Shown here: positions 27,722 through 35,595 of the stretch, piece after piece
How the letters are laid out: every line of letters starts with the position of its first letter
How positions within the stretch are numbered: position 1 is the stretch's first letter
DNA from: an uncultured Pirellulales bacterium
GTDB lineage: Bacteria > Planctomycetota > Phycisphaerae > Sedimentisphaerales > Anaerobacaceae
Direction of reading: 5' to 3'
Length of the DNA: 64,000 bases
NCBI GenBank assembly: GCA_964631175.1
Contig: CAZVWH010000001.1
Coordinates: forward strand, 32,952-96,951
Notes under the pieces: model-generated
Databases searched by the model: none
What the model was told of the DNA's origin: nothing
The model's input: only the letters and a program-made list of their open reading frames with translations
Position numbers and translations under genes: made by a program

Positions 27722-29371
27722 TCATCTGCCTTCTGTCCTCTGTCTTCTCACTTCCTCTTTTATTCTCTGGATATGTCCCCTACCTAAGCCTTTGACCTCA
27801 CAGCCAAGCTGGAAATACCGGCGAATTTTATCATCATCTAATATGCCGAAACAATCAATCACGGCTAAAGGCCCGCCCGCCCACTTGACTATCTGGCCGG
27901 GGTCAAGCTTCAAATAAGGTTCGTGCGGCACAGCTAAGATAAGTGCTTCAGCACCTTTTATGGCAGTAGCAATATCCTGTTGGACAGTAATATTCACCAA
28001 GTAATCCTGGTTGCGGAAAAATCTTGCTAACGAGTGGCCCGGTGCCGGATAGGTATCCTGTTTTTCCAGCTCGTACCAATGCTCGACATACGGATCGTGT
28101 ACCCTCATCTCTGCTCCCATCTCAGTCAGCTTTCGGACTACTACTTCCGAGCCGCTGTAACGAGTATCAGCGACATCCTGGCGATAGCTGGCCCCGCATA
28201 AAAGTACCGGTGCGCCGGCGATTAACCGGCCCATGTTCCGAAGCGCATCCCTTGTCAATTCCGCTACGTGAAGACCCCGCGTGTCATTTATATCGATGGC
28301 CGAAGTGGTTATCTTAAATATATCGTCATCGAAACCAAGAATGTGCCTGTACGCCCAATATCCCAGACCACCATCCTTCGGCAGACAGTATCCGCCGATA
28401 CCTGGACCTGGGAATATGATGTTATTGTGAGTAGGCCGGACCTTAATTGCTTTGATGACCTTAATCAAATCCACGCCGTTTCGCTCAGCAAACAAGCTCC
28501 ACTCATTCAAAAAAGCCAGCATTGTGGCACGGAAAGAATTTTCAACTATTTTAGCAGTCTCTGATTCGATAGGCCGATCCATAACCGTCAAAGGGAATTT
28601 GGCGGTGTTCAACACTTCTCGAAGAAATTTCTCGACGCGCTCTTTTGCTTCTTCATTACAGCCGGAGCAGACCCGCCAGAAATCTCGTATCGATGATACA
28701 TACTGTCTGCCTGGCATAACACGCTCATAACTGTGCGCCAGCAGTGGCTCTGAATCAATTTGGCGGGCTGCAAATGCCCTCTTCAAAATCGGCCAGGCGA
28801 CGAACTCTGTGGTACCGGGTGCAACAGTTGTTTCGATTAAGGTCAAACATTTGGGCGGTATAAATTTGCCGATGGTTTTTATTGTCGCTTCCAATGCCTC
28901 CATCTCCACCCAGCCGGTTCGCATATTTCCAAGGTCGTTTTTTGTATAGTCACATTGGACATCCACAACAACACAGTCGGCCAACTTAAGACACTCACTG
29001 TTGTAGGTGGCGATGAGGGTCTTTTTTTCGAGCACACAACGAGCGATCATCGGCTCGACCTCGGGGTCCTCGGCTTTAACCGGTGATTGTCCTCTGTTAA
29101 GCAATGGAATCTTCCAGTAGCTGCGAGTGCTGGGCCGCTGACAACCGATGACCAATTTGCCGGGCTTGCCGGTCTGCCGGTCAATACTGTCGGCGATAAT
29201 AGCCGCCATAACGGCACCAACAAAACCGACACCCATTACTACGACAATTTCCTTACCATCCTTGCGTGCCGCTGCCGCCAGCGACTCCACGCGATTGAAT
29301 TCTGTAGAATACTCCTCCTTGCTGGGAATTGGAAACCTTTCACCAGCCGAACTTATCGAATAATCAACCAT
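27722..29371 (-). CDS. Nucleotide-sugar dehydrogenase (UDP-glucose/GDP-mannose dehydrogenase family), long form
   Basis: Rossmann VVVMGVGFVGAVMAAIIA and catalytic Cys motif GIGGYCLPKD. 549 aa. Confidence 0.8.
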   Translation of the reverse strand: MVDYSISSAGERFPIPSKEEYSTEFNRVESLAAAARKDGKEIVVVMGVGFVGAVMAAIIADSIDRQTGKPGKLVIGCQRPSTRSYWKIPLLNRGQSPVKAEDPEVEPMIARCVLEKKTLIATYNSECLKLADCVVVDVQCDYTKNDLGNMRTGWVEMEALEATIKTIGKFIPPKCLTLIETTVAPGTTEFVAWPILKRAFAARQIDSEPLLAHSYERVMPGRQYVSSIRDFWRVCSGCNEEAKERVEKFLREVLNTAKFPLTVMDRPIESETAKIVENSFRATMLAFLNEWSLFAERNGVDLIKVIKAIKVRPTHNNIIFPGPGIGGYCLPKDGGLGYWAYRHILGFDDDIFKITTSAIDINDTRGLHVAELTRDALRNMGRLIAGAPVLLCGASYRQDVADTRYSGSEVVVRKLTEMGAEMRVHDPYVEHWYELEKQDTYPAPGHSLARFFRNQDYLVNITVQQDIATAIKGAEALILAVPHEPYLKLDPGQIVKWAGGPLAVIDCFGILDDDKIRRYFQLGCEVKGLGRGHIQRIKEEVRRQRTEGR

Positions 29372-29549
29372 TTCTGTCCTCTCCTATAAATAGTCTTTGC
29401 TCAGATTTTAACAAGCGTCCTCAAAGACCGTTTGTCTCTTGTCTTTTCCAATAAACGCCGCAAGTTTATCAGTAACACCCCGTATATCAAGGTTTTTTTG
29501 CTTCGTTATCGCCAAAACCATACTCAATCTCAGATAAATACATGTTATA

Positions 29550-29578
29550 TTGAATTATAAATACAAAAATGATATAAT
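29550..29578 (+). promoter_or_regulatory. Extended -10 promoter upstream of 29653
   Basis: TTGAAT-N17 (spacer includes TGa)-TATAAT, 75 nt before the ATG. Confidence 0.5.
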
Positions 29579-29652
29579 CTGCTTAATCCATTGTATTACC
29601 TGAAATCGCTATTTTCTAAACCGCACTTTTAGATGGGCTTCAGGACAAAAAA

Positions 29653-31968
29653 ATGCAAAAAGTCAGCACATTCACCTTGTCTGTTATAGCATTAACTCTC
29701 TTATGCAGTGGGAGTATTTCAACAGGACAAGAAGCATTTCGATACCCGGATTATTTGCTTGATATATATAACCCGGACGATGCTTGTTGGAAAGGTGTTG
29801 GTGCTGATGGACGCTGGCCGGTTCCGGTAGATCCCGAAAAATGGCTTGTTGGCCCGCCGCTGTCGGACCAGTCAGGTGTTACCGTGCCTATAGACCAATG
29901 GATCGAGCTAAAGTTTCCAGGCAGAATTGTTGACGGTCCTGGCGATGATATACTGCTTATAGAGCTGGGTCAAGTAGGTGAACAAGCTCTCCTTTTCATT
30001 ACAGATAGTGCCAACCAAGAGTATCTGCTTGGTAAAGCTACAGCATTAAATTCCGGCCTGGACACGGACTCCGAGATCGGCTTCGATATCACAGGTATCT
30101 GCCTGCCGTTTTTACCGAGTGCTGTTCGCATCGTAGCATTAGACACAGGAGGAGGCTCACCCGGATTTGACATAGCTAATATACGTGCTCGAACGTACAT
30201 CGAACAAAGTAAAGCTGCCACCGGCCCCATTCCCTTCAACGGCGCTAAAAACGTGCTGGTTGACACAGTCCTCAGATGGTTGCCGGGATATTCCGCAGAT
30301 AAACACATCGTTTACTTCGGCACTGCTATTGCTAATGTAGATGCAAATGCAAATCCCATCAGTAGTCCAGAGCAGCCGCAGGACGCCAACAGCTTCGACC
30401 CCGGAGGCCTTGAATTAAGCCGAACCTACTACTGGCGAATAGATGAAGTTAATAGCACCGACCCCAATAATCCCGTTACAGGCGATATCTGGAAATTCAC
30501 AGTAGCCGACCATCTTGTTTTAGACGATTTTGAGTCCTACAACAACTACGATAATCAGATATATAAGAGCTGGAAAGAAACCGGCGAAGCATTCGTGGGT
30601 GTCTCGACGTATCCGCTTAGCACATGCCAGCAATCTATGGCGTTTGTTTACTACTATGACGTAAGTTATTCTTCCGAAGCTGTACGTACGTTTAGCCCTG
30701 CGTTGGATTGGGCTACAATCGGCACCAAGACTTTGGAATTGCTATTTTATGGTCGAAGAAGCAATGCTGCCGACGTACAAATGTATATTAGCCTTGGCGA
30801 CGGCGATGTCGATTTGATTGTGCCGTACAACGCCGACCCGAACGACATCAAAGAGCAAGCATGGCAGCGCTGGAGAATTAATATTCAAGACTTAGCCAGC
30901 CTGAATCTGAGCAATATTAAGACTTTCTCCATCGGCTTTCGTGTCGGTCAAACCCAACCCCTAAAGGGTGGTGGCGGCACTGTCTATTTCGATGATATCA
31001 AGCTATACCCGTCCAGATGCCTCGAACAAAATAGACCCCAAGCCGATTTCAATAGCGATTGTAGTGTTGACTTTGAGGACCTTAAAGAAATTGTTTACAA
31101 CTGGCTTGACAGAAGCCCTAAAACTTATGCGGTTGTACATCCCAATGCACCTTTGGCCTGGTATAAATTCGACGGCGATACCACCGATAATTCCAACAAC
31201 GGCTACCATGGCCAGCCGTTCGGCAGCCCAACATACGTCCCAGGCATATATAACCAAGCGATAAGTTTCGACGGATATAGAGACTCTGTGAATATAACCA
31301 AAGCTGCCGAGATGTTTGAAAGAATCAGCACTGGGATCACCATTACTTTTTGGCAATATGGTACGGATTCGGCGCATCGCAATGACACGCTATGCTGCTC
31401 AAATTACGAATATGACAAGAACACAACCTTGATTTCGATGAGCTCAGTCGAGCCGCGGGAACACGTCAATAATCCTGTGATAGCTATTAATCTTGGTTGC
31501 TGGATCCGCCCAAGAGGGGCCGGCCTGTACAGCTGGGATTGCGGCTATCCATGGTCTTTCGATAACCGCCTTAGTGGAGACCACAAATATAAAAGCGAAT
31601 GGGTGGGCCGATGGAACCACTGGGCGTTCACCAAAAACGTCTATCAGGGCATAATGCAAATATTTCTCAATGGCGCTCTTTATGACAGCCGAACGGATGC
31701 AAACTCACCTATTTCGTCAATCACGTCATTCGAAATAGGCTCCGGATGGTATGGCGGATATGACGGTTTAATCGACAACTTCCGCATTTACGACTATGCT
31801 CTCAGCCAGCCGGAAGTCGCCTATATTGCAACCAACGGCATGGGCCTTTTCGATCCCCCCGGCGGTGGGCTTATGTCGCCGGCTGATTTAGACGCTAACA
31901 ATGAGATAAACTTCAGCGATTTTGCTATCTTAGCTGATAGCTGGCTTGAAGAACAACTCTGGCCATAA
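29653..31968 (+). CDS. Secreted mosaic lectin-like protein: unknown N-domain, TYYWRIDE repeat, uninterrupted CBM-like sandwich, LamG, two dockerin-like segments
   Basis: Signal peptide. HIVYFGT..TYYWRIDEVN..GDIWKFTV; LDDFESYNNYDNQIYKSW..LELLFYGRR..MYISLGDGD..GGGGTVYFDDIKLYP; ADFNSDCSVDFEDL; LamG YHGQPFG..ISFDG..WNHWAF..IDNFRIYDYALS; tail DLDANNEINFSDFAILADSWL. Confidence 0.8.
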   Translation: MQKVSTFTLSVIALTLLCSGSISTGQEAFRYPDYLLDIYNPDDACWKGVGADGRWPVPVDPEKWLVGPPLSDQSGVTVPIDQWIELKFPGRIVDGPGDDILLIELGQVGEQALLFITDSANQEYLLGKATALNSGLDTDSEIGFDITGICLPFLPSAVRIVALDTGGGSPGFDIANIRARTYIEQSKAATGPIPFNGAKNVLVDTVLRWLPGYSADKHIVYFGTAIANVDANANPISSPEQPQDANSFDPGGLELSRTYYWRIDEVNSTDPNNPVTGDIWKFTVADHLVLDDFESYNNYDNQIYKSWKETGEAFVGVSTYPLSTCQQSMAFVYYYDVSYSSEAVRTFSPALDWATIGTKTLELLFYGRRSNAADVQMYISLGDGDVDLIVPYNADPNDIKEQAWQRWRINIQDLASLNLSNIKTFSIGFRVGQTQPLKGGGGTVYFDDIKLYPSRCLEQNRPQADFNSDCSVDFEDLKEIVYNWLDRSPKTYAVVHPNAPLAWYKFDGDTTDNSNNGYHGQPFGSPTYVPGIYNQAISFDGYRDSVNITKAAEMFERISTGITITFWQYGTDSAHRNDTLCCSNYEYDKNTTLISMSSVEPREHVNNPVIAINLGCWIRPRGAGLYSWDCGYPWSFDNRLSGDHKYKSEWVGRWNHWAFTKNVYQGIMQIFLNGALYDSRTDANSPISSITSFEIGSGWYGGYDGLIDNFRIYDYALSQPEVAYIATNGMGLFDPPGGGLMSPADLDANNEINFSDFAILADSWLEEQLWP

Positions 31969-31984
31969 TCCAAAGGCGCTCTAA

Positions 31985-32776
31985 ATGAAAGTAGCTACCT
32001 TTAATGTCAATTCCTTACGCGCTCGTTTGACGCTTGTCCTTCAATGGTTGGTCGAACATCAGCCCGATGTTTTATGCCTGCAAGAAACAAAGGTCCAGGA
32101 TATTGATTTTCCAACAGGTGAGCTCGACCAGACCGGATACAAATGGGCCTGGCCATTCTGCGAATATGTTTTTAAGGGACAAAAGAGCTATAACGGCGTA
32201 GCAACTTTTAGTAAAAGCCCGATTACAAATGTAGAATTCGGCTTTCACGATGAGCCAAGGGACGAGGCTCGTCTGATTAAGGTAGAAACAAACGGCATTG
32301 TGATTGTCAATACCTATGTTCCGCAGGGCGTTTCACCCGACTCGGACAAATTTCAGTACAAATTAGAATGGTTCGAGCGCCTTTATGCCCTTTTCAAAAA
32401 ACATTTCTCTCCGACAGATCCCATCATCTGGGTAGGAGATTTAAACATCGCACCGCAGCCGATAGATGTTTACGATCCGGTTGCCTTGCAGGGTCACGTT
32501 TGTTTCCATCCGGAGGTTCACAAAGCGCTGGATAAAGTTATGCAGTGGGGATTTGTTGATGTATTCAGACTCCATTGCAGCGAGGCAGGCCATTATACAT
32601 TCTGGGATTATAGATTACCGAACTCCTTCAAACGCAATCTCGGCTGGCGCCTTGACCACATTATGGCGACAAAGCAATTGGCTGAAAACTGCACTGCTTG
32701 TTATATAGATAAGGAACCTCGCACCGCAGAGCGCCCCAGCGACCACACCCCAATTATCGCTGAATTTGACTGGTAA
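31985..32776 (+). CDS. xth: Exodeoxyribonuclease III
   Basis: MKVATFNVNSLRARL, LCLQETK, WVGDLNIAP, FWDYR, DHIM and PSDHTPI are canonical EEP/ExoIII motifs. Confidence 0.95.
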   Translation: MKVATFNVNSLRARLTLVLQWLVEHQPDVLCLQETKVQDIDFPTGELDQTGYKWAWPFCEYVFKGQKSYNGVATFSKSPITNVEFGFHDEPRDEARLIKVETNGIVIVNTYVPQGVSPDSDKFQYKLEWFERLYALFKKHFSPTDPIIWVGDLNIAPQPIDVYDPVALQGHVCFHPEVHKALDKVMQWGFVDVFRLHCSEAGHYTFWDYRLPNSFKRNLGWRLDHIMATKQLAENCTACYIDKEPRTAERPSDHTPIIAEFDW

Positions 32777-32989
32777 ACACAGGACGCCGTGCACCACCCA
32801 AACGGTAGGATATGCTACGCATACCATCTTCCATTCCGGATATTCAATAGTCGATCCGGTGGCAAGATAGTAAAGCCATACATGAACCACAGTGGAAAGC
32901 CGCGTCAAAGCGCAGTTTTTTAATGTCATGGTCGATGCATTTGTTATGCCGTACAGTCTAAACCAATGTGGCTCCACACACAAATTTTT

Positions 32990-34333
32990 CTACCGCAATG
33001 GCATTTCATCACTGGCCGGTATCTCGCCGCGGATGGCTCTGCCCGCGATGCCGGTCAGCCAGAGGTAGTGGTCCGTAGGTAATCCCTCATACGTCAAGAA
33101 TGGACTGGAGCCGATAGGCTGATCGTTCGTACATTTAAAAATTGCCGTGCCCTCATCCATTTCGTCAAACATTGCTACGTATATCATCGCAGCACCACTT
33201 CTCCTTGCTTCCACAATCTGCCGCCAGAGAAACCGGCCTGTCAATCTCGGGATTGCATTCAGAGGTGACTCAGGAAACGTATTATGCCGACTGAAGCCCG
33301 GAAAGACAACAGGAAGGTAGTCTTTTCCATGAGATGCGCACCAGGACATATCCGGACGCCAACGAGTACGAGCATGGCAAGAGATACCTGCAAGCGAATT
33401 GTAGCGTCCAACTGTCCACGGACTAATAATGTCCGCCGCGTTTATAATATCATGCAAGCTTGGATCGGAAACGCTCTCCCAGTCGAGCGTCCGCCAACCA
33501 CTGGGCACGCCTACCATGACGATACATCCACCATACTGGGTATCACTTTTGAAAAAGTTGACGAGCTCGAGGCACTCGTGAAGAGTGTAAGCTCTGTTAT
33601 CATTGAAACCGATTCCCCAGATGGCAACCACAGGTTTTAGCTGGTGGTGTAGATAGGCTTTGTCATTAGGGTCTCGTGTGAGCCACATTTCGTCGATAAG
33701 GCGCTTCCAGTCGCTCTTGACATGCTCAATCTGGCCTCTATGCAAACCGGAAAGGTCATACATCAGAGCGTACAATCGCCCATATCGATTTGCACCTTCT
33801 CGACAACTTGACAGAACTGTATCAACATGCCTCAGGTCTGGCTGGCTGTACGTCGCTACGGCGAATCGCTGGACGAAGGCCCCGTCAATGCCATACTTCT
33901 GCATCCAGTAGAAGTGTCGAAGAACGCTCTTGCGGTTATAAGAACTAAAGACTTCAGCCGCTCTGCCGTCGGCGTGCCTAAAGGAGGTCGCGTATTTTTC
34001 GCCTTCGTCCAGGTCTCTGACATCAGGCCATAGGTCAATAGTGCAGAAGCCCGGTTCAAAGCGTCCGCGTTTCTCGTAATGTGTCCATCCTTTGCCAGCT
34101 CTGTCGCCCGGAGCATTAAACCAACCCTGATAACCACACATGACCCTCCCATTCAGTGTTTCGTTGCCAACACCTTTAATACTGGGTCCGTTATACGGAT
34201 GTAAAACTTCCTCCCTTCCGTTGTCACTTTCGCCGCTATCTTCGCATCCCACGATTACACACATAGACATAAAAAGAAAGAAGTAGCTCAGCAAATCAAT
34301 TACTCTTATGTCACCTCCTTCATTTAGAATCAT
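32990..34333 (-). CDS. Putative glycoside hydrolase lipoprotein, GH99/GH71-like TIM barrel
   Basis: Lipobox-like VIVGC. GYQGWFNAPGD..GWTHY and VAMFDEMDEGTAIFK resemble the GH99 FNEWHEGT catalytic segment. Family assignment tentative. Confidence 0.5.
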   Translation of the reverse strand: MILNEGGDIRVIDLLSYFFLFMSMCVIVGCEDSGESDNGREEVLHPYNGPSIKGVGNETLNGRVMCGYQGWFNAPGDRAGKGWTHYEKRGRFEPGFCTIDLWPDVRDLDEGEKYATSFRHADGRAAEVFSSYNRKSVLRHFYWMQKYGIDGAFVQRFAVATYSQPDLRHVDTVLSSCREGANRYGRLYALMYDLSGLHRGQIEHVKSDWKRLIDEMWLTRDPNDKAYLHHQLKPVVAIWGIGFNDNRAYTLHECLELVNFFKSDTQYGGCIVMVGVPSGWRTLDWESVSDPSLHDIINAADIISPWTVGRYNSLAGISCHARTRWRPDMSWCASHGKDYLPVVFPGFSRHNTFPESPLNAIPRLTGRFLWRQIVEARRSGAAMIYVAMFDEMDEGTAIFKCTNDQPIGSSPFLTYEGLPTDHYLWLTGIAGRAIRGEIPASDEMPLR

Positions 34334-34645
34334 AGTCTTATATGGTTCCGCATTTGCATTCTCTCAACCATGCTCTGCCGTGAGGCATCCACGCAGTGTG
34401 GCTTGCGCCACTGTGGAGAGACAGGCCTGCATTTTTCCAGTCAGCGCAGTAAGGCGCCCTGCGAACAAAAATCATACCATGCTCGCTGAATACATCAAAT
34501 GGAATCTTGGGGATTCTTCCTGGCAGACAAAATACTTTTGTGGATTGTCGATTACCAGCTTGTGCTGAGTAAGTCCGTAGGCCGAGTCGAACACATTTGA
34601 CTTTGCTCAGTGTTCGACCCTGAGTAAAATCGAAGGGTCGAAGCA

Positions 34646-34909
34646 CTACAGTTTCTTCAGCAGCGCCAGGTCTCCACTGATCAGTGCCAATTTCTTTCTT
34701 CTCGTCCAGTCCTTTAACTGTGCCTCTCGCTTGAGCGCATCAAACCGAACAGAGAACTTTTCGCGATAAAGCAACCTTTTGGCGCCAAATATTTTTGTAA
34801 AGCGCCCGCCCTGGCCGCTTTTATGCTTTTCGAGTCTTTTTTCTATATTATCCGTTACTCCCGTATAAAAGCGGCCATCAGAGCATTCAATGATATAGAC
34901 ATACCACAT
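34646..34909 (-). CDS. GIY-YIG nuclease superfamily protein (UPF0213-like)
   Basis: MWYVYIIECSDGRFYTGVTDNIEKRLEKHKSGQG is the GIY..YIG/R..H motif layout. Confidence 0.9.
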   Translation of the reverse strand: MWYVYIIECSDGRFYTGVTDNIEKRLEKHKSGQGGRFTKIFGAKRLLYREKFSVRFDALKREAQLKDWTRRKKLALISGDLALLKKL

Positions 34910-35050
34910 ATTTTTGGCATCCTTCGACTCCCTCGCTGTTGCTCGGTCGCTCAGGATACTTCTCCTCGTTCACCTCAACGCTTCATATCGAACCACTTGT
35001 ACTGAGCGAGTAAGCCCTTTGTGAAAACGAAGGGCGAACGAGTCGAAGTA

Positions 35051-35121
35051 CTGGGGAACCAGGATTCGGACCTGGACTAACTGATCCAGAGTCAGTCGTG
35101 CTACCGTTACACTATTCCCCA
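35051..35121 (-). tRNA. tRNA-Gln (anticodon CUG)
   Basis: Hand-folded cloverleaf. Acceptor UGGGGAA/UUCCCCA with U1:A72 and discriminator G73 (typical of bacterial tRNA-Gln). D arm GUGU-AACGGUA-GCAC. Anticodon arm ACUGA-CUCUGGA-UCAGU. T arm CCAGG-UCCGAAU-CCUGG. No encoded CCA. Confidence 0.85.
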
Positions 35122-35595
35122 ATAATTAGTCCAAAACAAAAAACTTATGATTATAGCTTCCAGAGATATTCTTTCTGGGTATAGCAACACCTCTTGTTAT
35201 TTTCAGCTTATTCTATATAAAAAATAGTCTGATATTGCAAGATTATTAAGAAAAAGCTGTACTACCGGGCAATAATTTGGTATAAATAAAATGTGTAAAT
35301 TTGTGGTTTTGCTTTTCAGCGAATCAAAATAATGTGTTTTTTTGTATAGATCAGCTCTGCTGAAAGTGAAGGAAGGAGGTAGTAAATCAGGCCAGTTACA
35401 AATTCTTTTTTCAGCGTAAAATTGAGTGCTTGTCCGGCGAAGCCCCCGGCTCTGCATAGCCCTTCACCGAAGCAGGATGGCCATAGTCAGATAGATTTAA
35501 CCTTTTTAGAAATCGGTATTCTTATTCTAAGTTGTTGTTTTGGTGTCTAACTAAATTACCATTATTATCATTTTTGCTTTTGAAGGAGGATTATT

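Noticed and set aside
35051-35595. tRNA-Gln as the integration site of a genomic island comprising the lectin array
   Set aside because: The array lies on the 5-prime side of the tRNA, not its 3-prime end. There is no integrase, and I found no direct repeat of the tRNA 3-prime end near 51.3-51.5 kb.
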